A stretch of 63,608 nucleotides of DNA, filler included, from Bigelowiella natans CCMP2755 (Eukaryota > Protista > Cercozoa): NCBI GenBank assembly GCA_000320545.1. It is 8 parts of 8 records of this genome, joined end to end, with 100 filler letters (N's around TTAATTAATTAA, not from the genome) between each part and the next. Parts side by side here need not be neighbours in the genome. Positions count along the whole stretch, not along the records: positions 1 to 5,534 come from ADNK01000365.1; positions 5,635 to 19,201 come from ADNK01001603.1; 6 more parts are not named here. The stretch is one strand, 5' to 3'. The notes under the pieces are model-generated. The model made no database searches, was not told the DNA's origin, and saw only the letters and a program-made list of their open reading frames with translations. Shown piece after piece: positions 1 through 11,349 of this stretch. How positions within the stretch are numbered: position 1 is the stretch's first letter; each line of letters begins with the position of its first letter. Made by a program: the position numbers and the translations under genes.

Positions 1-155
<155 letters not shown>

Positions 156-175
156 TTGTACGTGTGTATACTCAG

Positions 176-812
176 ATGGTGGCCGCCATGCCTGCCCAGC
201 AAGTCAAATATATGACGGACAAAGTTCGTAACAGCAAATATATCTCTCTATCATTGCAGCAATTTTCTTTTACCACTATGTTCCATTGGTATGCGTGCTT
301 TGATGGAGGGTCCGAAATCATCAACACTCCTACTTTTACTAACAATGAAAATGTTGGCTGTGGAATTGTTGTTAGTAAGATCATTTTCATTAGCTCCGCC
401 ATAACAACCCTCCTCGCTCCCTCCCTCTTTACCTTGCGATTCATACCTTACTGCAACGGTAGATTCCCATGAAACGGTGCGGGACTGTCGATGAGATCGC
501 ATCATGTGTAAGGTAGGCAGCAGACGAACAAGAAAGACGCAGTAGTAGGAAAAACCTCCAACACATTTTTTTTTTTTTTTTTGATTTAACCAGATTTGAT
601 GTGTTTCGCTATTTCGCCATCGTCCATTTTTGTCCTTCGTTGCACCATCATCACCATCATCGTTGTCGCCTTCGTCATCGTGTGGCAAAAAATGCTCAGT
701 ACAATACATTTATATATTTGGATTGTACATGTAAAGCTGGCTTGCGAGTAAGGAGTCCGCCTTCATCACAGCGTTTTGCATGGACTCTACCGGTGGGCGG
801 GCTACATATTAG
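176..812 (+). CDS. Short-chain dehydrogenase/reductase (FabG-like), last three exons; 5' part lies outside the window
   Basis: Exons 176-224, ~463-511 and 737-812 with GT-AG ends give [57 protein letters not shown], the typical SDR C-terminus (IP.KR.G..DEIA...WL.S.E..FITG..D.GG). Confidence 0.85.
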
Positions 813-1009
813 CTGAAGCATGTGCTCCCAAATGGCGTGTTACATGCTATGGAGGATGCACCCTCCCAGTCCACATTTACGACTGCAAATTCAATGACAT
901 TTGAGAGCGAGAACAGCTTGAGAGTAGTCAGTTTGCTCGATAGAGTAGTCTAGTAGTGTTTACAGTCTGTGCGAGGTATTGACATGTGAGCAAACCATGT
1001 AGTAGACTA

Positions 1010-1420
1010 AAAACACTGTGAGAAACATGACAAAATATTGTGGAATGACAAGGGAATCCCACACGTGATGATGGACAACGCAATGCAATGTGTGCCATGT
1101 ACGCAATGTTGCTGTGTCCTAGTGTCTACAATCGTGCTCTCGCATGCGTGGACATCGGCCTCACATGCTAGCGCATGCATCACATGCACACATGCGGCTA
1201 GCTCACACGCTAGCACGTTGACCGTTTCATGTGCTGCTGCACAAGTGTGGCACAGATCATGCAGTTCCATTGGCTGGCAGTTCCGTACGAGACACACAAT
1301 TCCAATGCAAATTGATGTGATCCAGTGAAGAGCCTGTTAGTGAATGCGCATGGGCAGCCTCTAGAGCGTGCGCGTGTCAAATCAATACATGTTGCACAAA
1401 TTATGCACATCTGGCTACCT
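1010..1420. other. TpA-depleted, CTAG-retaining intergenic tract
   Basis: Rich in TG, CA, GCATGC and CTAG; most surviving TA in 1100-1380 is in CTAG. The tract ends just before the ncRNA unit. Confidence 0.7.
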
Positions 1421-1440
1421 AGTGAAAAAAAGGGGGAGGT

Positions 1441-1547
1441 AAAAAGGATGGGTGTTTCGAATTGTCGTGCCCCTACATACCCAGTAATGGATACAACTTG
1501 AGCAGAGTTGTGTCATCAGCGCTAAGGACACGATGTGGCACCCATCC
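1441..1547 (-). ncRNA. Unclassified structured ~102-nt RNA with a Pol III T5 terminator, immediately downstream of a tRNA-like element
   Basis: Minus strand: terminal stem GGATGGGTG/CACCCATCC followed by TTTTT; second stem TCGTGTCCTTA/TAGGGGCACGA; inner hairpins ACAACT/AGTTGT and ATCCA/TGGGT. Confidence 0.65.
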
Positions 1548-1548
1548 A

Positions 1549-1620
1549 ATCCTCCGGTGGGAGTTGAACCCACGCCCTCATCGATTGTCGACAAGTGCCC
1601 TACCGTTGGACCACAGAGAA
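1549..1620 (-). ncRNA. tRNA-like element (tRNA mimic or pseudo-tRNA) with no canonical anticodon loop
   Basis: TTCTCTG-TG-GTCC AACGGTA GGGC-A-CTTGTCGA CAA TCGATGAG-GGC-GTGGG TTCAACT CCCAC-CGGAGGA. Acceptor, D and T arms pair; A box TGGTCCAACGG and B box GGTTCAACTCC are present; the anticodon arm is an 8-bp stem with a 3-nt loop. Confidence 0.8.
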
Positions 1621-1974
1621 GCTTCCGAAGAATCTTACGATAGGATTGCGATTACGTCTGCACTCGGAGCTGCAGCCCCTTCTTGGAATGTCGATCTGCG
1701 ACAACAGATTGGTACATGTCGCGATTGCATTTCCTTGAGCGTTTCAAGAATTACGCCTCCCTTGGCAAGAAATTTGCGGGAAGCTTCTCAGAGAACAATA
1801 CTCGGATTTTGATCAAGCAAGCTTCTTCAGAAAAGGAGTTGTGTCGCACTGTTTGATTGGCAGGGCCATTTATCCTATGCGACTTGGAATATTCGAGTAT
1901 TCTCAAGAACTTTCTGCGTTCAATTGGCTCGGCTCTTTCAAAATCTGCCCCGCCGGCCCTGCCTTTGAAGAAAG

Positions 1975-3023
1975 ATGGCTTCGAAGGAGGTATGCTGACC
2001 AGCGGCCACGGTGCACTATTTGTGCAATTTCTCACCGCGCTCATTGAATTTCACCTGAATTAGGACTTCCCCTCTGCGTTTTTGTGCCCCATTACAAACG
2101 AAGTAATGACCGACCCGGTTTTGGACCCGACCTCTGGCATGAGTTTTGAACGAAAAGTAACAGCCTATCGCCTCCCCCACCCTTAGAATCTTCAAACCCT
2201 GCATCGTGTAACGTTACCCATAACATCCCCAGGCCATCGAAAAGTGGCTGGATTCCAACAGCGTATCGCCGATAAGCAGGAAAACTCTAAAAAAATCAGG
2301 TTTAATTTTTGTCGCAAGAACCTCCTATTCACCTGTCTTCCCTACCCACCTACTGCCTACCTGTCAACAAAATAATGCCTTCTTCTGGCACGCGTTATCT
2401 GCCGGCACCCAGATCTTATCCCGAATCACGGGCTGCGCGACACCATCACGGATTCGCTGAAAGCGAAGGGGGGGGGAAGCTCGTCAGAACAGAATGACGG
2501 CAAGGATGGTAACCCTCAGAAGAAAGCGGCTGAGCTCAAGGTTACATGCCATGACACCATGCATCATTATAGACGCACATCAACACACACACACACACAC
2601 ACACACCACGCAAACACACGTAAACACGCACAAAACACCCCCGCATCTCAGGACGCAAAGCTAGATCTGTCGGTGCACGGATGGAATGGTTCTAAGAGCG
2701 AATTTCGAAACGAAAAAATGATTTGCTTTATTGAGGGGAGAGACTGATATTCTCGCGCTGTGCTAACATGTAGCGTCTTCGCCATCCTCGTCTTCTCCCT
2801 CTCACTCCCCTCATCATCCATTTCCACTTCTTTTACCGTTTTCCCCGTCACAGCCGAGGAAACCAAGTCTACGGACTCGGTAACAATCGCCCGCACACTT
2901 TCGAATTCAGCAGCCATTTATGAGAGTGTGGAGAAGATGCATACGATATACGCGCACATCAATACGTATCGTAACACTCTGAGCGGTACAAATGTGTCTG
3001 TGCGTGTGTGTGTGTGTAAGAGA

Positions 3024-3059
<36 letters not shown>

Positions 3060-4617
3060 CTGAATGCATGTTGCCCCATCAGGAGGTGCTAGTGCTGGGA
3101 TCGGTATCGATTCCGGACAGGGAAAAGGGCACTCAGCCTGCGGATATCGTCTGTGTGGTACGAAGACGACAACGAACATTGCCGCTGACATCGATAAGAA
3201 CAAAAAAGGGAAATTCAGCATCTGACGATGATGAAGTTGATGGTGATGATGAAGACAGAGGATTATTCTTAATAATGTCCTTCCCCTTTCTCCTCCCCCC
3301 CCCCCCCCCCTTTGTTCCCTTTGGGTGCCCTGGTGCAATCTGTGCAGTTGGACGTGTCGGGAAGCATGTCGAAGGAGGCGACAGCGCAGGGCGAGGAGGG
3401 GAAGAAGGAATCCCAAGGTGCTTGTTATTATGGTGATTCGTTCGCAGCAGCATAATTATTGTTGTGGTTCCTATTTCTCTTCCTCGCGCGTCGATAACCA
3501 GGAATGTCACAGCTGGATATCGTCGTTCACGCCATGCGTACGATCATCGCAGGTCACTACTACTACTACTACTACTACTACTACCATCATATCAGTACAT
3601 CAATGATTAAGTCCTGATCTCGGTGGGGAATACGTGTCCTCCTCCTCCTCCTCCTCCTCCTCCCCTCCTCTTCCTTTTCCCTGTTTCAGCATGTGGCGAC
3701 GATGATATCCTCTCCATCGTGACTTACTCAACGTGCGCTAGCACGGTATTGATGATTTCCTTTTTCCATTGCTTCTTCTCTATCATCACCATTGCTACTA
3801 CTATCATCATCATCATCATCACCATCATCATAATCATCATTATCGTCCATCATCGTCAATTGGTTGCAGGACCTACCCCCGATGAAAATGACAAAACAAG
3901 GAAAAAAGGCCGGTGAGTTAGTCGCCGCAGCAGCAGCTACGCTACAAACAGCGCAGATCGACAGTGTAGTAATGGAAAGAGGGGGGGGGGGGGAAGCGGA
4001 GTATTGCAAGTTGATATGGAGGAGCGATGATGCTGATGATACAATGACGATGACGATAACCATCTATGAACACCAATGCTTATTTCTTTACCCCCCCCCT
4101 TTCCTCCTCAGCTGGGAAAGCCCTTGACAATATGTCCCCGAACGGGCAGACAAATCTTTGGGGGGGGCTGAAGATGGGATTAGGTGCGAGAGAGACAGAG
4201 AGAGAAGGGAGAGGGTGAATGAGAGGGGGGAGGGGGTGGAGGGAGGCAGGGGGGAACAATCAAAGTTAATATTTCGCACAATCACCGACACAAGAACTAT
4301 AAGCGAATTGATTGAGTTGGCTCTTTGAAATAACAACACTCCTACACGCAGATGTACTGGAGACGATTCGTGACAGCAGAAATAGTCAGTCATTAGCGTA
4401 AGAGGGGGGCGGGAGATGTGATTGTAGTTATAGTTCAGTCAGCAATTGAATAGCATGTCTTCAAGTCCAGGCAGTGTTTTGATGTCATTACGAGTCACAA
4501 GCGTGCTTTGCCCAAACAACAACAGCAACAACAACACTATTTATGCGACGACAGATACGCATTCAAATGGCGCAGTGCTGCTCATGACGGGTGAGTCTTA
4601 TTATAAACAAATAGATA

Positions 4618-4658
<41 letters not shown>

Positions 4659-5065
4659 GTATTATACGACGACGATGACGATGATGATGGGGGGGATTCT
4701 GATATCATTGTCTAATGCTATTTTCCTATCATCACACACTGTTTTCTCTCTCTCATACCTGCTCTGGGCTTTATTCGCCGTGCGGTTTGCTGTCGATGCT
4801 GCTGCTCACGCAGACGGCGTGCCGAACATCATTCCTCCCAGAGGTAATGATACTAATTGAGCGATTCTAATCATTTCTATCTTCCCAGCCGCCCCTCCCC
4901 CTTTCCCTCCTCCTGTTCGCTGCCCCCCCCTCCCTTTTTCGCTTAATACCTGCATGTTTTTCCTTGGGCTTGCCCCCCCCCCCCCCAGGCCACGTCGCAA
5001 CATTGCAGAAGTACATATCGAAGCACCCAAATCCGAGGAGAGCGATCCACACCTTCGGCTTCGGG
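1975..5065 (+). CDS. U-box plus von Willebrand A (VWA) domain protein, putative E3 ligase; multi-exon, 3' truncated
   Basis: MASKE|DFPSAFLCPITNEVMTDPVLDPTSGMSFER..AIEKWLDSNSVSPISR..LIPNHGLRDTI (U-box). ADIVCV-LDVSGSM (MIDAS), AVLLMT-DGVPNIIPPRG and IHTFGFG (VWA). Exons have GT-AG ends. Confidence 0.85.
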
Positions 5066-5132
5066 GGGCGGAATGATTACAATTCACTGCGTGGGTGAAG
5101 TTTGCCCGCTGATGGCGCCCCGCATCTTTTAA

Positions 5133-5534
5133 GTGATGGGAAACGGTGACCTCAAGGTTTTTGCCTTCAAGCTTATGTCGACCCTTGCTCTTTTTGAGGA
5201 AAAGAAGGACGTATGGGATGGCCCTATCACATACTCCCGCCAGATGGACATCCTTCTCCACCTTCGGGACATCACGGATCACTTCATGGCCGCTTGCTTC
5301 TCGCTTAAAATCACAACCGACGACAAGGCTCCTTCGATGGAGGCCACGCTCATCGTGTTGATGGGCGCGATTGCGGCGCTTGCCGACAGACTGATACGAA
5401 TGGAGGCTACCGACTTCCCCTCCCAACTGTGCAAACTCGTCGGCGGCCACACAGGCTATAAACCATACGGTATTAACATCTATCAATTCATTAGGCAGAG
5501 CAAGTCTCTCTAGATGATCGACCCTCAGCTGGCC
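5133..5534 (+). pseudogene. Fragment of an unrelated large protist protein, with an in-frame stop at 5511
   Basis: Coding-like 126-aa ORF (WDGPITYSRQMDILLHLRDITDHFMAACFS..IAALADRLIRMEATDFPS) with no VWA similarity; stays coding-like after the TAG. Confidence 0.4.
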
Positions 5535-5634
5535 NNNNNNNNNNNNNNNNNNNNNNNNNNNNNNNNNNNNNNNNNNNNTTAATTAATTAANNNNNNNNNN
5601 NNNNNNNNNNNNNNNNNNNNNNNNNNNNNNNNNN
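5535..5634. other. Assembly gap linker (N-TTAATTAATTAA-N); same linker at ~19202-19301, 26855-26954, 40915-41014, 43209-43308, 46686-46785 and 62344-62443
   Basis: 100-nt N spacers with a stop-in-all-six-frames core; genes are cut off at these points. Confidence 0.97.
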
Positions 5635-5679
5635 GGGGTGCCAAAATACACGGCACACCTACACCTTAACACACATCCA

Positions 5680-5703
5680 CTATTTTTTTTTTTTTTCACA
5701 CAG

Positions 5704-5739
<36 letters not shown>

Positions 5740-6840
5740 AACACACAAACGCCCGCGCACACTTGGACTATAGTTCCGAGGCAATTTGGCCCCCCCCCCC
5801 CCCCCCTGCTCTTCTCGTATGGGTGTTGTGAGAAAGCCTACAGGTGCCGTTCCATAGTAGTCCTCCCGAATCACAGCAATATCCTGAATATTCTTCCGGA
5901 GAGGGCCAGTTGACGGGAGGAGGGTAGGCTGCGGATCTCTCTGTGTTGGCGACGACGAGGAAACTTGGGCCGAGGATGACAACCGCAATTTGGAAGAAGA
6001 TTCACCACGAGAATCTGCGACGATGGCCACTGGTTTCTCGGTCTCTATTTGCACCGCCGATGGCGACGATGAGGTAGGGGGCGGCTCTCGTGATTTCCGC
6101 ACTACAAGCTTAATCGTTTGGATGGTCGTCGTCGTCGTCGTCGACGTGTGATCAGATTCGTCCAGCAGCCTTCGGAGCTCGGAGTTGGATCTAATTTCCA
6201 TTTGCTCCTCCTCCTCCTCCTCCTCCTCTGAATGCTTCTGTCGCTTCTTCTGCATTTTATTCTCGAAGTGGTTGGTGGTTGTGGCGCTCTTCGTCGTTGC
6301 TGTTGTTGTCGCTACTACTCCTGCTGTTTTTGGCGAGGATGAGGCAGAGCCCTTGGCAGCGGAGCTACTATGAGTAGCGGGGTGACTATCCTCCTCCTCC
6401 TCCTCCTCCTCCTCCTTCTCCTTGTGCTGCTGGCTCACAGCAAACATACGCATATGTTTGACTTGATTGCCTAGCAGCTGCTGCAGCCTCATGAAGACAA
6501 AGTCGTAAGGCTGCTGCTTCTTCTCGTCTAAATTTATTCGATACACCCGTCCATGGCATACTACACGGACCACATGTTGCCTCGGTCGCATTTTCTTCTT
6601 AATTTGGCCTAACGCTGCTCCTTTTCCTCCTCCTCCTCCCCCACCACTAGTGCGGCGGCCGTTTTGATCATTGTTGTTCTTGCCGCGGTGCTCTCTCTGA
6701 ACCCTCCGAGTCTGAAGATACCTGGTCATAAGGGGGGTTACGTAAGCACGGCACGGAATACAATCAAGATGCCGACGGGGAAAATCGTGGGCTGCGACAG
6801 TGACGATGGGCGTTTCTTTGAGAATACAAAATAATAACAC
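5680..6840 (-). CDS. Hypothetical protein with a possible N-terminal PB1-like domain and low-complexity E/S/T tracts; probable start 6591; 3' end runs into the gap
   Basis: 386-codon ORF; HVVRVVCHGRVYRINL..YDFVFMRLQQLLG..EIRSNSELRRLL..TIKLVV resembles PB1 strand/helix order. Confidence 0.45.
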
Positions 6841-6917
6841 GTGCGGAGGGGGGGGACGATAATTTTTCCCTCTTATGGAGAAATATTTCCATTCAACGGT
6901 ATATTCCTCTCAATTGT

Positions 6918-7315
6918 TTACATGGCTTGCTGGCGCTTTTCCTCTGGAGTGAGCTCCATGCTCATGCGCTCATCATCCGTAAAGCTGCCTAGGTAATGAG
7001 GATCAGGAATACGAGGAGGAGGAGGAGGAAGAAGAAGAAAAAGAGAGAGAGGGGGGTGGGGAGATGAGGTGGGGGAGAAGCAAATGAAGGATAGTTGATT
7101 TTTCTGGTCTTCGATTTTAGTCCTTGTCTTTTTTCATTGTATTATATTTGTTTAAAATGCTTTCGGAGAAACTAAATTCTCACCCCCTGCGCCTATCCAG
7201 GCTTGTGCGAAAGCCGACGTTATTCCTTGGAAACATTAAAACAAAAGCGAAAATATTAACTCACATCGACGCAGCGCAAACGCAAGAAATAGAGGAAGGA
7301 AGGAAGGAGATTAAG

Positions 7316-7360
<45 letters not shown>

Positions 7361-7943
7361 AATCTGATCGTGGTTGTCTTCGAATGATTCAGCACATGTC
7401 GCCTTATCTATTCATCGCACACTACTGGGACGAAACACAGCACAGACTACTGCAGCACTAATTAGAAGACACCTCCCGCCCATTCGTGATACGAGCTAAA
7501 ACTTGCGTGTGGGAAGTGGTGCTCATGCAGTATCTAATGTTACTGAATAAGTTCCTTCACTATTCCTTCATCATTTGTCTCTGCACTAACCGGCTCTGGA
7601 GGAGATTCTGGAGCCCCTCTCAGGATCACATGCATCACGTGGCGAAAACTCATGCAACCATGCTCGATAGGTCACTCTGATGTTACAGCGGAAAGTAGCA
7701 GTAGTAGTAGTATTAGATCAGTAGTCGTATCCGACTGGATCATCATCCACAGGGTCATATGTCACAACGTCATCAGATCTAACACACCTAACATAGCAAT
7801 GGTTTTCCCATCCCCTTTCTGCCCCCTCCCCCCCCCCCCCAACCAATTAAAAAACATGTTCACCGTGCTAAAATACAAATAGTACCACCGCTCCTACTCT
7901 GGTACTAAATCACCAGCTACATGAAAAGCTAGGATTTGATGTA

Positions 7944-7981
<38 letters not shown>

Positions 7982-10900
7982 GCTTTCTCTCTTACTTCCC
8001 CCCTTCACCACTGTCGTATATGGTGCCGATATAAGTGGCCATTTGCAGAACCAATATACTAAGCGTCGCTACTATCTATCATTGATTCGTTCCAACTCTA
8101 CCAGTGCTAATACTATCATTGATTCGTGCAAATTCCACGTACTTCTTCTCCACGGCTCGCTCCGCATCTCGAAGGAGGATTATACGCCCGCTATTTCTTA
8201 CCTAAAGGAATAAAGAGGAAACAACAGAGAACAGCGAATGATCGCATAGTAGCGGTGAGAAGAAGGGATGGTAAATTACTATCGAGCTGGGACTAAACTT
8301 AGTATAATGCCTGCGTGTGGAGGGGGAGGAGAAGGAGGAGGAGCAGAGACGTGGGTTGTGTTTTGTATATGATACGTGCTACTACCGCCTCGAGAGCAGC
8401 TCTGTCGGTGTCCAACGCTGGTGACTCATCCTCCCCTCCGTGGATACGACTCGCGCTGCTGCTGTTCGTAGAAATCCGGGACGACGAGGAGGAGGACCCT
8501 AATATTCCTCCCAGGTACCAGGGTTTCCTTCTGCCCCCGGCCCGTTGATGGCGGTGGTATTGAGAGATCGTGTTGTCAGAATGTGACTTTTGCATCCCCC
8601 TTGCGTTATGAGCTCCGCCCCTTATTCTACCGAGCTTGCCGCTGGTAATGGCAGCGTTGGCGGCCCCGGCGGCATTCCGCGAGTTAGCGTTGCGGCGTTT
8701 GCCGCTTTGAGGAGCGATATAGGAAATCCCCGGAAATCCGTCCGTCATGCTCCATGTATACCTTTTCGAGAAAGAAAGCAGGAGGATGAGGGCGGTCAAA
8801 TGAGTCGGTTTGGCAGACGAATAGAAGGTTGGGGGATGATAAAAACAAAGGGAGAAAAAGACATATCTTTTCTCAATAAATCCCTTAGTTCTCAGAGTCT
8901 CTTTTCTTTCTTTTTCTTCTTCTCACTTCATGTTCATAGTGAAATGAAGTATCTACCTGGGTTTGGTAATGATACCAAGCCGGAATGTCACTGCTGATAG
9001 CTGTGTTAAGTTCCCGATGATCTCTTGAATACGCGGCGAGCACATCAGGCAGTATGGCCGGTACCATCTAACCAGATGGCGACAACATTACATCAAAGTT
9101 GTCAATGTGATATTATCGAGGTGTCTCATAACGACGACATCAGCATGTAGCATGGAATCGAGTGCATTAAAACAATAGATCAGCCCTTTCATGCAAAAGA
9201 CATTTTTCGAGTGCCACAACAGCAGCTACCTTTTGAGAAAATTTTCGTCGCTAATAATCCACGCAAAGAGAGATGAGAGAAGCTTCTCGTTGAGAAGAAC
9301 ACGAATCAGAACGCGCCCTCTAATCAACACAACCATCGTCGTCATGGTCACCGATTTAAGTAGAAACGCATGCACCGTTTGGATAAGGTACTACCCCAAC
9401 AACCCTATAATCATCCCTTGACATCAAATACCTGTCCCAATTGACTGCGGCCCTCCTTGCAATGCCAAGTTGAACCAAAAGTGCGGAATTCTTGGGCTTA
9501 CAATGTCTTTCCAGCGATGATAACATTGGCCACGTATCGCTGATAAATATCCAATGTTCTATGAGGAAGGTGTCACATAGGCATACAGAGCTATCGTGAA
9601 ATCACCCGGATTTGGACTTTGTCCTAAGACCAAATAGGAGACACTTCTCTACGCATTGGCAGAGATGGTCCGCGCCAATATCGTCGTCGCAAATCGGACG
9701 GGAGTATGATGTCTTCAGCTCTGAATTAGCCCCCACCATCGTCGAACTACCATCGACAATAGAAAGCTTTCGCAACACCTGAGATAGTTGCATTCGTATC
9801 AAAACTTTCTATATCTGCACACAAATTTTGCACTGGACCCGCCCCGATAAACACGCTCACCTTGACGGCGTTGATCGTCTCCCCAACCAGCATCTCTCGG
9901 AAGTCTTCCCATCCCTGCCGAATCTTTGGGTCTTCCTTCTTCCGTCCAAATAGCATTTTTTCTCCAGATAGTAGCTTTTCTATCTCAATTTATAATCGAT
10001 ATCATGGATCCTGCAAAATAAGACACAATGGTGTTGGAAAAGTGAACCAGGCTGTGTTCGGGAATGGCGTGCTTAATTCGGAGGATGATACCAAAAGCGC
10101 GTAAACAAAACTAATATCTACCAAATATTCAAACCTGATACATTTAGCGAATGCGAGAACGACGCGGAATATAAGACTGCATGTCCTTAGATAGCCCTTT
10201 CCGAGCGACGGAAGGGGGGGGAGAAGTTTCCAGACTTGAGTGATGTGCAGGTCGTTAGTTGGTTGCGTGTGAGCACAGCACTAACTAGCCGCGCGGACGT
10301 GGTGGTAGATAAAATTCCGAGCCGAATCTGACCGATTATGCTGCGATAAAAATATATTCAGGAGGATAATCATAATTTGCTTTGCACGTATGTGCGAAAT
10401 CAACTGGGTCATCCATCGGGTCAAGATCCAATCAAATACGTCCAGGTCGGTCTCAGAAAGGAACGATTGAATGAAGTTCACAATTTCGAACTTCATTAGA
10501 ATTCAGCTGATAATTCATCATGCTCCTTCTGGATTTCTCCGGAGAAGACTTTTTCATGTTCCCAGGATGTTTTAATCACGTTCAAAACACAAATTAAAAC
10601 ACCTTGTGGCTTGTCTTTAAAGCTCGAATCATCTAATAGCATTAATTTTAGAAATTTTATGATGTTTTTTCATGTCTTATTTCCTGAAAAGGCGTTTCCA
10701 TGAAAAAAGCATGGATGCAAAAAATCTCATCAGTCTCACACAAATGGAACAAATTGCACATTATTCTCAAAATTCAGTTCCGACAGCGGAAGATGCACAT
10801 CGGCTTGCATAGAATTATTTCCGAATCGTTCTCCAATTTACAAATTTACACATTAAATGTTGACCATCTACAACTATTTACTTATTCCATGTGCAAATAC

Positions 10901-11182
10901 TGCCTGAAAATGTGTTTTGTGAGGTGTTGGGCTGGTTAATCGTTGATTCCAGCTTCTTAAAACCGATTGTAAGCGTATCGCGTTCCAATGAAATGATTTT
11001 AAGGATGAATTTAGGTATATATTTTACTGCGACGTATTGCAATCAAAAAATATTCGTATCAAAAGGGATTTTGGTTCAGAAAAAACATTTATTTTGCATC
11101 TTATTATGGAGTCACAACTACCTGCAAGTTTCAACATAGCTTTCACATAACTTGTACGGATCTCACCATTTTTTGGCTTCAT
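6918..11182 (-). CDS. RUN-domain protein, multi-exon; outer limits approximate
   Basis: Exons encode DHLCQCVEKCLLFGLR (~9620-9670) and RGRVLIRVLLNEKLLSSLFAWIISDENFLK (~9230-9320), the conserved RUN blocks. Candidate start ATGAAGCCAAAAAATG|gtgag at 11182; candidate last exon ends ..EEKRQQAM* at 6918. Confidence 0.7.
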
Positions 11183-11349
11183 TTTGTCTTACGACGTAAA
11201 AATATTTCTGACGTAAAAGTTATTTCGATTACATTTAGAGTCTGTTGTAATTATTTGTAGCGTAACAGTTGGCTTGAAATAGGAGGTTAATGAGAGGAGA
11301 CTGAGGTCCTCGCCTCCCTCGCCCCTTCCACCCCTTGGAAATTCGTAAA
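11183..11349. promoter_or_regulatory. Short bidirectional promoter between the RUN and PH/FYVE genes
   Basis: ~167 bp between divergent ATGs; contains two copies of GACGTAAAA (~11193, ~11209). Confidence 0.45.

Noticed and set aside
1446-1547. Hammerhead ribozyme (CTGATGA and GAAAC on the minus strand, closed by a terminal stem)
   Set aside because: Stem I does not form next to CTGATGA, GAAA does not follow stem II, and the cleavage triplet would be GCC. An alternative 11-bp stem fits better.
1549-1620. Functional decoding tRNA
   Set aside because: The canonical 5-bp stem/7-nt loop register does not pair, so no anticodon can be assigned.
5579-5590. Recurring TTAATTAATTAA as a biological motif
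   Set aside because: It is always centred in N runs; an artificial contig linker. Adjacency across these gaps was not used as evidence.
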